Shown here in pieces: positions 27,262 to 40,505 of a stretch of DNA of 64,000 nt. The first letter of the stretch is position 1; each line of letters starts with the position of its first letter. The DNA is taken from positions 50,840,001 through 50,904,000 of the forward strand of contig NC_043007.1 in assembly GCF_006345805.1 (NCBI RefSeq), written 5' to 3'. A program made the position numbers and the translations under genes. Source of the DNA: Octopus sinensis. Its lineage: Eukaryota. Under the pieces are notes generated by a model. That model was not told the origin of the DNA, made no database searches, and worked only from the letters and a program-made list of their open reading frames with translations.

Positions 27262-27642
27262 GTTACCTCTGCCAAGGAAGGTTATGTTTTCATCGGCGTT
27301 GGTTTGTCCATTTGTACGTTTGTGTGCAAAATAACTCTAAAAGTTGTAAACGGTATTTGATGAAAGTTGTAGGAAAAGTTGGTAATGATACAAAGAACAA
27401 ATGATGAAATTTTGGTAGTGATACGGGAATTTTTATGGATTCTTGAAGGATTTTCCATTTGTTATATTTACTTTACATGAAGTATTACAATGTTACTTCT
27501 TTGATTATCTCCCTTGAAGACACGTTCATCGTTTGCACATAACCTATGGTGGCGTGCTGTTTCCAAAATTTATTTTCGTTTCTCTATGAGTAATTTTACT
27601 CGCGTATCTATCTTAAAATAAGCTGCTTGGCGGAGGTCTGCG
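27262..27642 (+). mobile_element. Helentron-associated HINE/DINE-like non-autonomous element
   Basis: Starts TTACCTCTGCCAAGGAAGGTTATGTTTTC and ends GCTTGGCGGAGGTCTGCG. Sub-terminal inverted pair at 27266-27277 and 27625-27636. Confidence 0.65.
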
Positions 27643-27646
27643 GAGG

Positions 27647-28125
27647 ATGACATGACAAGCCTTGACTATTGGGATCGACTCAAAAAGCTCAGACTTTGCT
27701 CCCTCCACCGCCGCTGTGAGTTCTATATCATCTGTATGATGTAGAAAATATTCCATCAACATTGCCCATCTTTAAAATTCGTCTGAGGCTTGGCCCCCGT
27801 GCCATCCTTCCACTACAGAAATGTTCGTATCGTATCACAACACTATGACAGAACTAGTTGGCCTAGCTTCTTCAACATCGTACCAGACACACAATGGAGG
27901 AAAGTGACTTCACGACATTCAAACGATCCCTAGATGATTACCCTCAACAAATACCAGATAAGCCACCTACACCCAGATATGTCTCTGAAAACAATGACCC
28001 TTTGCTTGAATGGGCTACGGTTCCCCAGAGCTGACTGTGTATCTCTTCCAGGTGGTGCTATTAAATTAGACATGCCCTGAGTCAACTTCGGCCGAAACTT
28101 ATCTAAGTAATCTAATCTATTTTGT
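27647..28125 (+). mobile_element. CR1-group LINE 3' remnant
   Basis: LDYWDRLKKLRLCSLHRR.E.YII, FNIVP, FKRSLDDY.QQIPDKP, then a short TCTAA-type tail. Confidence 0.8.
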
Positions 28126-30216
28126 AACCTTTTAATCAAAGCATGACAACGTGGGCAGAGGCTGATATCTTAACATTTCTGATAGTCTTAACTATAAAAA
28201 AATTTATTAAAGATTTATATAGAACTACATTCAGAGAATGTCTATAAGCTATTGTGTTTAGACCTAGCTTCTATCTTCAAACTGTTCCGTTTTGTAGATG
28301 CTTTTCTAGTTAGACTATTTCTACTGCAGTAGACTATTCTAGTTAGACTATTTCTACTGCAGTACACTGTCGTCGTCATTTTCATCATCATCATCATCAC
28401 CGTGGTCGTCGTCATCCTTGCCCTTACACCAAAGTAGCTGCTAGTCACAATCCTATTCTACCCATTACATCTTCAATAATCAAGTTTGGTCCCATAGTCA
28501 GATTACTGTAGATCATTGGTGGAATAGGAATCTAGGTGGAAGATGAACTCAGAACATAAACAAGTTACGAAATATATCTCGTCCGAACCAAATTCCTCAA
28601 CTGATACTTTATTTATCTATCTTAGTATGGTGACAATCAAAAGCTACATCTGCGTGATTTGAATTGAGAGTTCAAAAACAAATGCCTTCATGCATTCTGT
28701 CCGATACTCTGACAACTTCGCCATTTCATTGCAGCAGCACATTAATATATTAAATAAGTCGACGTTCGGTTTTATTAGATATACCTTGTTGTATTATGGC
28801 CTGTATAAGGCAGCTATTGCTGAATGTCGAATAAAATGCTGATTGGTGATTATGCCTCTTTATGTTGATATTTCTTCTAACTTTACTTTTTAATCTGCCA
28901 ACTACGTTCGAATAACTAACAAACGATAAAATAAGTTCTAGGATCGATTCTATTGAAAATGTAGCTTCCCTCCGTTGAATAAAACTCTTAAAAGAGTGAA
29001 TACTTTCAGACGCACAACATTATGCTCTACACTCTACTAATTATTTGTAATGAACTTTAATAATGTATATATTCATCATCTTTTCTGAATCAAAGATGAA
29101 ATGATAGAGTTGATAAGACAATGGCCTAACACAACTCATCGATTGTCAGTACAAATTCTCATTGCATCCTGAACCAACGGTTCTTTTGTTCAATTATTTA
29201 ACTAAAAGTGAGTATATCCATATACAGAACTAATGTGTAAACCTTAAAGAATAAATCGACAGCAATTAAGATCTCAATTAGTAACAGTCTGTAAAACTTC
29301 AACACGTATTTACATACCAGTAAATCCAAATGACTTTTGATGTATATACATAACCAGCCAAAATAATCTTTAAAAGTAACATTTTTTAAAAAAGCAGAAA
29401 TTCACATACAGGTCATACTTTGTGCTCAACAAGTGTTTCATTAAGTTAAACATCGTTTACTGTATAATCACATAACAGTAATACATAATTATCAAAATAA
29501 AATAAAATAAATTTAATATGTTGTCTATCCACTACAATGTGTAATTTTAATCAGAAAACTGTTACTAGTATGAACGTGCATGCGAAATTTGGGCATTTCT
29601 GTTTTTATTGTAAACAATGTGTATTATCTTAAAGTTATTGATAATGTTGTTATTTTCATTTCAACATCATATATTTCATTTTATAAATCAATGTTTACCA
29701 ATATTTAATTTACGGAGCTATGCAATATATCGTTTTACTATTACTGAAAAATTTATAAAATTCAGTTTTCAGTCTTGTGAGTGGATTTGCTAGACGGATA
29801 CGGAAGGAAACCCGTCACACACACACAAACACAGACAACTTTACATGGAAATTTTGTTAGAACACCGAATACAGCGTTATTAGCCTTGAGAGCCCATGGT
29901 GCATATTCCCTGTTCTAACAAGACACCCATGTTACATTGGATTCAAATGTAATAAATACATAAATACTGCTTTTATGTAATAAAAGCATAAATACTGCTT
30001 CCGTCGCTAATAGTTTATACGTATGCATGTATGCGTGTACGTATGTATGTATGTATGTATGTATGTATGTATGTATGTATGTATGTATGTATGCATGCAT
30101 ATATGTATGTATGAAGGTAGGTAGGTAGGTAGGTAGGTAGGTATGCATGTATAGAGATACATATGTACACAAAACTTAAAGTCGTACATACATACATACA
30201 TACATACATACATACA

Positions 30217-30252
<36 letters not shown>

Positions 30253-30280
30253 TATATATTATATATATATATATAATATA

Positions 30281-30546
30281 TCTGTAAAATAATATGTGAC
30301 AATTATTCAGTAGCCAAGATAAAACTCTGAGTTTCGGATGCCGAGGTGGAAATCCACAACACCATCTCTTCGGTTATTTGGCCAGATAACCGAAGAGATG
30401 GTGTTGTGGGTTTCCACCTCGGCATCCGAAACTCAGAGTTTTATCTTGGCTACTGAATAATTGTCACATATTATTTCACAGATAAATTTCCTCTATTTGC
30501 ATAATATTGAGGTCTCTTTCTTTTGTTATCTTACCGTTTTTACCAA
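30281..30546. repeat. PLE-like tail whose 5' part is folded back into a 202-bp palindrome (30281-30482)
   Basis: Centre at 30381/30382 with ~101-bp arms and three mismatches. The unpaired tail continues to 30546 and abuts (TA)n. Confidence 0.9.
30381..30450 (+). ncRNA. Type I hammerhead-like motif, core CCGAAGA (U4C); mirror copy 30313-30382 on minus
   Basis: GCCAGATAA|CCGAAGA|GATG..CATCC|GAAA|CTCAGAGT|T|TTATCTTGGC. Stem III is ACTC-A-GAGT, with an internal GTGG/CCAC hairpin in stem II. Confidence 0.65.
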
Positions 30547-30575
30547 TATATATATATATATATAAGCGCACATAC

Positions 30576-30611
<36 letters not shown>

Positions 30612-30631
30612 AGAGAGAGAGAGAAGATAGA

Positions 30632-30669
<38 letters not shown>

Positions 30670-31237
30670 TATAGATAGATAAGCATAAACATATACATAT
30701 ACTCTCACGCTTGCACACACACACATGTAGATGTAGATATATGAGCACACATACATGTATGTATATAAGGATATGTTGTTGGTTGTGTGAGGGCGGTGCG
30801 TATGTAGTGATATGCTCTGGTGTATAGAGGTAGAAGTGTAGATTGTATATTTCAGCCAGCTTTAAATCCAACAAGCATATGTGTCCAATGGTAATTATCT
30901 ACCTGAGTGTCCTCTTTCAGGAAATTAGAATTTGGTCACCTGACATCTTTCATCCAATCCCATAACTTTCATGCCATTAGCTCGACGGTTATAATGGCTG
31001 GCTTGATCGATAAACGCTGCGTATTATTATAGAGAAAAGAATGGGAGAAAAAAAGGGAGGAGAGAGGGAAAGAGAACGAGAGTGTAAGAGAAAGAGAGTA
31101 AACGTGTATGAGAGAGAAAACGAGAGAAAGAATTGATACTTTCTGGTGCATGGTTCCATAACATTTTCTTGAGTACGAAATGTCTAGGGTTGATTAATAA
31201 GCCCAGTAAAGCGAAGATGAAATCTTATCTCGTCCAG

Positions 31238-31370
31238 GAGACGCGATACAGTCTGTATCCATAGCTGAGCTGTTTTCACAAGAACGACTGCCAGACACGA
31301 TTGAACATTTTAGTGACGTCGAGTCCAGTAAATCAGGTTTCATCAAATTCTTGAGGGCAAAAATCCACTG
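31238..31370 (+). CDS. Candidate internal exon, unknown protein
   Basis: Acceptor TCTTATCTCGTCCAG and donor CTG|GTGAGT. Open frame (G)DAIQSVSIAELFSQERLPDTIEHFSDVESSKSGFIKFLRAKIH in non-repetitive sequence. No homology recognised. Confidence 0.25.
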
Positions 31371-31876
31371 GTGAGTGACTTAAGAGAGTCAATGGATTTG
31401 GTTTTACGAAACATTTACAGGTTGTCATTAAAAGTGGTTGGAGAAATATCCAAGATGCTGGAAAAGGATCTGGTTTTTGTTTTCTGAGATAATGAGGATT
31501 GGGTGAATAGAAAAGTTCATGGAAATGGGACAAACAGCTGTCTATATCCAAGATCCATAATATATATTTGTTCAAATATGTATAGGTATCTATTAATATA
31601 CACACGCACTCACACACAAACACACACAGACATCTACGCATGCACACACACACATCCACGCACAAACACATAAGCGCGCGCACACACACTATCCTCTAAA
31701 ATCGTGTTCAAACTCAGAAGGACATAGATTCGCACCATCATCAAACTGTAAATGCCCCAAAGACAACGAAAATAACTTGCTTCATTCTGTCACCTGAAAA
31801 CTACAAATTTTATTTCATAGTCTACGAGAGCACGCACACACACATTTTAATACGTTTTTTCTTCTTTTTTATATAT

Positions 31877-32066
31877 AGACGCAGGTGTGGTAAAAAGCTT
31901 GCTTCCCAGCCATATAGTTCTGGGTCAGTTCTACTGCGTGACAACTTCTCTATTATAGCTTTGAGACGACGAGTGTCTTGTGAGAGGATTTAGTAGACGG
32001 AATCTAAAAGAAGACCACCGTATATGTGCATGTGTGCGTGTGCATGTGAACGTGTGTGTTTGTGTT

Positions 32067-32129
<63 letters not shown>

Positions 32130-32330
32130 ATCCCCGACCACTGCTTGGCAATCGGTGTTGGTGTGTTTGCGTTCCCGTAACTTAGCGGTTCAGCAAAATA
32201 GACCGATAGAATAAGTACCAGACTGTAAAAAAATAGTATTGGGATCGTTTCATTTGACTAAAAATTCTTCAGGCGGTGCCCCAGCCTGGCCGTAGTTCAA
32301 TGACTGAAACAAGTGTAAGATAAAAGGTAA
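31877..32330 (+). mobile_element. SINE family A
   Basis: Head, expanded internal (TG)n and tail are all present. Confidence 0.85.
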
Positions 32331-32609
32331 TATATATACATATATTTTTCCATTTTGCATTAATGTAATATATTTATCATTAAATATAATTACATACATG
32401 TTTTCAAGTTACGAAACAATTTGTCGTGATATTAAAATTTTTTTATTGTTAAATAAAATTTCATCAAACAATTTCTCTATCATTTGTGACTTTATACACT
32501 CCTTATCATTTTGTCTTGTATCGTACTATGTATTCTATTCTGTAGAATGATACATTAAGGAGCTTTTTTATGAGTACTACCGGACTACTTGAATCTCTAT
32601 ATATTGTGA

Positions 32610-32683
<74 letters not shown>

Positions 32684-33343
32684 GTGTGTAACCAAACACA
32701 GACATGGCACCCTCTATATTCTTTCTCCTATCTCACTCTCTTTTACTCTTTCTCAGTCTTTCTCCGTCTCTAAAAGTCAGATCGATGGAAATTAAGATAG
32801 TTCCGCACCTACGCGACAGCAACTGTTGTCAGATTGCAGGGTAAAAACAAAACCCCCACTACAGGCACATACACACTCAGACATACACACACAAACACAC
32901 ACACATACACACACACACTCATACACACAAACACACTCTACTCCATACGAGGCGGCGCCAGGTAGCTGGGGCCACTATTCATTATAAATATTCTAATGTC
33001 ACAAAAGGAAGAAAGCGAGAAACCACAACAGCTATCGTATATTTGGAACACATTATATATATATACATTCATGCATACATTCATAAATAAGTGTGCACGT
33101 GTGTGTGTTTAAGGGAGTGAATGATACGTACACACAGTAACCACACGCTGTGGTTGCGCGCGATTGCATATTTTATATTCTACATTAGAAAGCATTGAAA
33201 TGCTCAACATACACTTGCAGGAAAGCATGCAGGGTTAGGTATATATTATGTTTGTACTATATATTGTAATTATACTATTAAATCAGTTCCTATCTTTTAC
33301 GCCGTTCTCACACACAAACACACGCAAACGCACATATAAGAGA

Positions 33344-33400
<57 letters not shown>

Positions 33401-35569
33401 TAAGTGAGTGTGATTAAGTGTGCGTGTGTATGTTCTCTGACAAGAGTCGATTGAGTCAAACTTAGGACGTCTTTAACGGCATCACTCTTAAGCTCCATTT
33501 CCAATCATTTATTGTCTTCAGACAAACTCTACTTTCAGTCGCACTCCACCTTCACTCATAACCTATCTACGCAGATAAAATAGATTGCTATTAAATAGTC
33601 AAAACTAAGTTCCATATTTTAGGAGAGGGTAAATGAAATATTGCCCGTCCTTGATCATGTATAGAACCTGGATGCCACCAGAAGCTTATTTCTCCTTTAT
33701 CATTTTTCGCCTTTGATCACTTTCTTTTAGGGAGAGGTGAAAAACAAATGATCATCTGGGTTTGTTTTCAGATTCTCTCAGCACCCCTGTACCTTAATAA
33801 ATGGTAATTAGAGCTCGTTAACCTGGGGCGAGGACTCGCCCATCAAGGGGAAGGAAAATCCTGATTCCAAACTTCTACTGCTTTGCGGCCATCTCTAGGT
33901 ATGGGAAAGGCTTCGGGAGGAAACCCTGAGGAAAAATCAGGTGTCAGATTCCCTGAGGCAGATCGATGTTTCTATCACCTCGTTCTAGCAAACTCCTGTG
34001 ACAACACTTGAGCCAAATTGTAATGATTGCGCTGTTTATTTGAATCCATCAGTGACGTCGAAAGGGTAACAACTTGTCTTTCATACCATACTGCTCTGGC
34101 TGAGATCATCGAACACCGCAACTTTAGCTGTTAAAAAGGCAGAATAAGGAAACAGTATTCTGCGAACCGAGAACTGGAGTATGTCTGGGAGGCATTTTAT
34201 GACAATCGAGTGCTGTATCTTCGTTAGAGCGGTACAGCAGTTGTGTATTACGGTTCAAGGTAATTCACAGTAGAAACTCATTGGTTTTGCTAATAGCTTA
34301 CATTTGTTTAAACTCAAGACAACTTTGATCCAACAAACAGAACAATTTTCAGAGGCTCATTCCAGCAGTGACCATTCCGCCTTATCTCAGATTATATTCT
34401 TTTAAATACTCTTAACTTCTTTAAAAAAAAAACTCGGCACTTGTTTTTTGCAGATTCAGTGGTTACTTAAACGATTCCTGCTTGGCTCCCAACTGTATTT
34501 TGTTTTTGTTTTGTTTTTCTGTTACGATTATTACATTGGTTATAGTAGCCAAACACTAGGGCACAATTACTAAACATTGGTGTGACCAAACTATGAAGCA
34601 CAGTGGTACAATCAGTGTAATCACTTGCTCTACTAGAAATAGCTGCAAGATGGCACTGAAGTCAGTCCCTGCCGTCTTAGGAAATGACTCATTAGATGAT
34701 GTGCTCTTGGTTTCTCTCTACTTAAGGAAAGACGTGATTGTCAAGGTTGGAATGTCTCTGAATATAAGTTTGTCGATCAAAACTGATCTGATGCTAAGCA
34801 ACAACTACGACAACAACCTTCATGACGTTATTACTGCAACATGGAGAAGTCCTTAACTCTGCCATCTACTCGACACAAAATACAGAGAGATAGAAAGAGA
34901 GATGGAGAGTAAGAGAGAGAGAGAGAGAGAGTAGATGTGTGTGAAAATAGAGAGAGAGAGTAAATGTATGAGAGGGGAGAGAGATGTGTGTATGAGATTG
35001 ACAGCGAAAATATTTAAGGGAGGAAAAGAGAGAAAGAGATAAAGAGTGTATGTAAGAGAGACCAAAGGGAGAAAAGAGTGAGCTTATATGTGTGTGTGAG
35101 ACAGAGAGAGCGAGAGAGAGGGAAGAGAGGGAGGATGGGGGAGGGAAGAGGGGGTTGAGGTAGATAGGTTGGGGAGAAGATAGTAAAATATGTGCAACTT
35201 CCATTGCCCCTCTCAGCCAATCGGTTCCAATAAATCTGGCTAAAGTGAGGTTGTCACGCAACGATCGAGTCCATTTCATGTCACCGCTGCGGTCATCATC
35301 TCAGTTTTTTGATCGATCATACATGAATAGGCAGGGGCAGTAAACCGGATGTTAACATAGTCTGTCTTTTGGTTGACATATTTCACTGTCCCACCTTAAA
35401 ACAAGCCCATCCTCACTGCACACACACACACACACTTTACATACGTAACATACATACATACATACATAACATACTTACATACATAACATACATACATACA
35501 TACATAACATACATACATACATACATACATACATACATACATACATACATACATACATACATACATACA

Positions 35570-35624
35570 TGGTAGGTATCCCCGCCTGTCACACGGGAGA
35601 CCGGGGTTCAATTTCCCGCCGAAG
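35570..35624 (+). pseudogene. 5'-truncated tRNA-Asp(GTC) copy
   Basis: TGGTAGGTATCCCCGCCTGTCACACGGGAGACCGGGGTTCAATTTCCCG matches the D-loop-to-T-arm part of the conserved eukaryotic tRNA-Asp (CCCGC-CTGTCAC-[G>A]CGGG). The acceptor stem is missing. Confidence 0.85.
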
Positions 35625-36385
35625 TAAGAAGTTTGCTTCCCAGCCACATGGTTCCAGGTTCAGTCCCAATGCATGGCACTTAGGGCAGGTGTCATCTACT
35701 ATAGCCTCGGGCCAACCAAAGCCTCTGAGTGGATTTAGTTGACGGAAACTGAAAGAAGCCCGTCGTGTATATATTCCTTTCTGTTTTTTTCTCCCACCCT
35801 TTCCCTATTCTTCTCCTCTCCCCTTCATCGTTCCCCTCTCTCTCTCTCTTTCTCCCACTCTTCCTCCTTGACTCTCTCGTTGCTCACACGTGACTAACGA
35901 CCACTCTTTCTTTCTTCCACTTCCTTCCTAAAAGACAAGACGTGTTTTTATCTGTCTCTTCTCAAAGCTCGTTTTTCCAGCGTTCAGCACTTCAGATCGT
36001 CTTGCCTTAATAGCCCTCACCGTTTCTTTTTACTGTTTTGTTCTCACTGTCCTGTTTTTGTTACCACTTTCACTCTCCGCAAAAAATACCAAATTTTATT
36101 TAATTTGCTTTGCGGTAAGGTCTGTTTTAACGAAGTCGCGTCTTGTCCTTACCTTCCAACGCGAAGTAGATAAAACAGGGGACAACTGATGAAGGAAATG
36201 TTCTTTATGTTGCATGTGTCGTTTCTCTGTTTGTTTGCTTTTTTTTTTTCGTTGTTCAGAAAAAGTTCGTTTTCTATATTTTTGTTTTTTATGTTCCTGG
36301 TTCTCATTCTGTCTCGTTTTTTTTATGTCCTGTACCCATATATGCATGTATATGTAGGTATGTGCATATATGTATGTATATATTC

Positions 36386-36441
<56 letters not shown>

Positions 36442-36680
36442 ATATATACACACGCACATATCTATGCGTATGTGTGTCTTTGTGGCTGTGTTTTTCCCCC
36501 ATCACTGCTTGACAACCGGCGTTGATTTGTTTACGCTCCTGTAACTTAGGGTTTCAGCAAAAGGGAAGTATACATTGAGTACTAGGCTTTAAAAAATGTA
36601 CTGGTGTCGATTCATTCGACTAAAAATTCTTCAAAGCGGTGCCCCAGCATGACTGTAGACTAATAATGATTGTAACAAGT
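35625..36680 (+). mobile_element. SINE family A split by a ~600-bp pyrimidine-rich insertion in its internal microsatellite
   Basis: The head half (35625-35770) and tail half (~36440-36680) are colinear with the family consensus. Confidence 0.7.
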
Positions 36681-36751
36681 AAAAGACAGAATAAATATAT
36701 TCGCCATGCTTGGCTGCGGAAATCTCCAAGTTTTTTCATTTTCTCTTATTC

Positions 36752-36787
36752 CTTTCTGTTGAAGAGAGTAGGCTCGAAATGTAAAAG
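36752..36787 (+). ncRNA. Minimal hammerhead-like motif, core CTGTTGA (A6U), in PLE-like tail ~36725-36855
   Basis: CTTT|CTGTTGA|A GAGA GTAG GCTC|GAAA|TGT|A|AAAG. Stem II has one mismatch. A related decayed copy lies on minus at 52392-52428. Confidence 0.5.
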
Positions 36788-36856
36788 ACTTCTTTTTACC
36801 GAGCGTCAAATTAATACACTTACTTCTTGTTCATACACCTGTCTTCGTCTTTTGTT

Positions 36857-36888
<32 letters not shown>

Positions 36889-37934
36889 TGTATGTATGTA
36901 TGTATGTATGTATGTATGTATGTATGTATGTATGTATGTATGTATGTATAATTGTATGTATGTATGTTCCCGTGTGCTTACAGGTGAAACTTAAAATGTG
37001 TGTGTGTGTGTGTTTGTGTGTAATTCTTCCGAAAAAGCTGATTACTAACCCATCATTACTCCGAGTTTCTCACGTCTGTGTTCCGTTTAGGCAAACACGA
37101 ATTTCTGTCAGTGCCTCTGTTGTTAGAAACTAGGGTCATTAGTGACTAAGTTATGTAATCAGATACTTTATCATGATTATGATGATTATCATCATCATTG
37201 TTAAACAGATATGTTTCTCATCTGTTCTCCATTTATATCGTATCATTTACGGTCACTGCTTTCTGTCAACGTGATCGTCTCCACCAATATAACCAACTCC
37301 ACTACGACCTACGACACAAAAATAGCGGGGGAATCACTACGCAATTGCAAGACTTGCTGGTAAAAAAAGCCAGAACTTCCTTAAATCACCCCCACCCTAG
37401 TGTATAAAAACAGGATGGTCAATGATGGAACGCTTTTGGTTACTCATTTACTCAAGTAGGGTTGACTTGGTGGCTAAACAACACCAACTGCTACCACACA
37501 TCGCTGAGAGCAACAAGAAGCTTAAGTAAGACCTACAAAGTAGGACAGTAGCTCCAAGATCTGGGATGGTGCTGCTACAACACACACGCACACACAATTT
37601 CAAGTGGGATCCAAAGAAATACCGTTTCACTGGCTACCATAAATAAAAACATCCCAGAGACAAGAACCTTGAGGCTCTTACCTACTACTACTGTAATGTA
37701 GTATAGGTTCTTGTCTTCTACCACCTCCGTCCGGGTACCACTAACTCACTCGTCAACCCTTCTCCTTCTCTACTCTCATCATAGTCATCGTGAGCCCAGT
37801 CTTTCTTTTCTAGGACACCGCCCTTGCAAGTGTTGGCGGGAAAACATCATCCATCCCACCGGGCTTGGAGACAGCTTAGAGGGTTGTGGGCACTTCTCCT
37901 TCCTCCAGACCTCGCTTATATTTTCTCTTCTTTT

Positions 37935-38630
37935 TTTTTTATTCTTTTACTTGTTTCAGTCATTGGATTGTGGCCATGCTGGAACACCACCTTAATGATA
38001 ATTTTGGTCGAAAAAATCGCCCCAGGACTTATTCTTTATAAACTTAGTACTTATTCTATCGGTGTCTTTTGCCGAACATCGGTTGTCAAGCGATAGCTGG
38101 GGGACAAACACAGACACAAAGACACATAAATATCTTTCAGTTTCCCTCTACCAAATCTGCTTTGGTTGGCCCGAGGTTATAGTAGAAGACACTTGCCCAG
38201 AGTGCCACGCAGTGGGACCTAAACCCAGTAACATTTCGTAAGGAAGCAAACTTCTTACCTCAAAGCCAATACACTTCGAAGCAGCGCAAATGTAAACTTG
38301 TGGAACACAAATATACAATGTTTATACTTCGCTTGTTCGCTGGTCGGGTGCGATGGAGATTACTCTCTCAAAGCGTTTATTATTAAAACACCTGAAAGTG
38401 ATATTTACATATTCTATTACTTGTTTTAGTCATTTGACTGCAGCCATGCTGGAGCATCACCTTTAGTCGACGAAATTGATCCCGAGACTTATTCTTTGTA
38501 AGTCTGGTACTTATTCTATCAGTATCTTTTGTCGAACCGCTAGATTATAGGGACGTAAATCAACATCGGTTGTCAAGCGATAGTGGGAGAACAAACACAG
38601 ACACAAGCACACACACACAGAAACACACAA

Positions 38631-38661
<31 letters not shown>

Positions 38662-38817
38662 CGACGGGCTTCATTCAATTTCCGTCTACCAAATCCACTC
38701 GCAAGACTTTGGTCGGCCTGATGCTATAGTAGAAGACACCTACCCAATGTTCCACACAGTGGGACTGAACCCGGAACCATGTGGTTAGTAAGTCCCACAC
38801 ACTCACCCCTGCGCCTA
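37935..38817 (-). mobile_element. Two tandem SINE family A copies (37935-38270 and 38410-38817)
   Basis: Reverse-complement homology to 9977-10385. Confidence 0.8.
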
Positions 38818-40216
38818 TTTGAAATTTACAGAAAAACAATAAGACAAAAACAGGTGTATGAACAACAAGTAGGTGTATTAGTTAGTTAGTGTTTGTGTGT
38901 GTGTGTGTGTATGTGTGTGTGTGTGTGTGCGTGTGTGTGTGTGCATGTGTGTGTTTCTGTTTGTCCCCTTGCAATCGCTTGACAACATAGGCTGGTGTAT
39001 TTACATCTCCGTAACTTAGCAGTTCAGCAAAGAAGACCGATAGTATAAGTACTAGGCTTACAAAGAATAAATCCTGGGATCGATTTCTTCGACTAGCACC
39101 ATTTTAGGCAGTGCTCCAGCATGGCCGCAGTCAAATGACTGAAGCAAGTAAAAAGAATACAAAACACTCGTCGTGTGTATTACCAAAACCGCTGCCGCCA
39201 CCATCAACCAAAACACCACCATCACTACCACCAGCATCAGTAATACCATTACTACCACTATCACTACCATCAACCTCACCGCCATTATGACCATGATCGG
39301 TAGTGCCATTAACACCACTATCAACATCGTCAGTATCACCGCCATCCTCACCACCACCATCATCGCCATCTCCATCATCACGAGCATCACCACAGCCATT
39401 ACCACCCACGTGACATTACATGTATTTTTCTGTCACGTCCGTCCAACGTTCAGTTGAGACAATTAGAAGAGAGAAAGAGAGAAAGAGAGAAATATAACAA
39501 ATAAGCAACAACAAAACAACCATAAATAAATAAATAAATATAACTGCCACCCCCTCATCTATCATCTCCACCGTCACCACCGTTGCTGCTTGCCAGCCGC
39601 CTGAATACCTACACCGCTTCCCTCCTTTCACTGGCTCACTCCAAGGTAAGGTAGGTAGAACGTGTAGGTAAGTCGGTAGGTTGTAGCCAGAAAGAGAATT
39701 GAGATGGCGTCAAATGGTCAACTTCCAGCTGAGAAGTGACTGACGGTGGTCATTTAAGCACACTGTCTACCTACAGCATTGGAACTGGACATTTTAAACC
39801 ATCTACAGCCAGCAGCAACAGTTGCTGCAAAACTATTACCATATCACTATATTTCCTCACTATCATTATTACCAACACCAACGTATCACCCATTTGAGCG
39901 AAGTAGTTGAGATGGCGATAGAGTGGCGATATAGTCAGTTTTATTCCTGAGGAAGAGTGGATGTATGCACTAGCGTAGCTGGGGCGGTAGGGGCGACACT
40001 TTTGGGTCTGTTGTGGGCAATATGTGTTTTTTGAGGGGTCCGGAGCGGCACACACTCTCGATACGCAGATGAGTGTATGTGTTTTGTATATTTGTATATT
40101 TGTATATTTGTGTGTGTGTGTATGTGTTTATGTGAGTGTGAGTGAGTGATTAACTGACCATTCAGTAAAGGCAGCAGTTGTGCCACAATAACTTTATTAT
40201 ATACAATTTTAACAAC

Positions 40217-40505
40217 AGGTGAAGATGTGTGGCTTATGGTTAAGGTATTCGGCTCACGATCGTAAAGTTCGATGCACAGCAGCACATTGTGTTCTTGAGC
40301 AAGACATTTTACTTCACGTCACTCCAGTCCACTCAGCTGGCAAAAATTAGTGGTACCTGTATTTCAAAGGGGGCAGCCTTGTTACACTGCGTTACGCTGA
40401 ATCTCCCTGAGAACTACGTGGAATGCTCAGTCACTTGCACATTAATTTCACGAGCAGGGCGTTCCGTTGATCGGATCAACTGGAATACTCTTCGTCGTAG
40501 CTAAA
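40217..40505 (+). mobile_element. SINE family B-related
   Basis: GTGAAGATGTGTGGCTTATGGTTAAGG head and GTGTTCTTGAGCAAGACA core. Related to 49825-50040 (+) and 42690-42800 (-). Confidence 0.7.

Noticed and set aside
28306-28366. Local ~33-bp tandem duplication (GTTAGACTATTTCTACTGCAGTA twice)
   Set aside because: An ordinary slippage duplication with no further structure.
32940-33000. GC-rich patch followed by TATAAATA, promoter-like
   Set aside because: TATA-like strings are ubiquitous in this AT-rich window and no downstream gene can be supported.
36180-36275. GGGGACAA-CTGATGA in the insertion inside the split SINE
   Set aside because: I could not find a matching GAAA, stem III and stem I. 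The insertion may be a PLE-like tail but no ribozyme can be supported.
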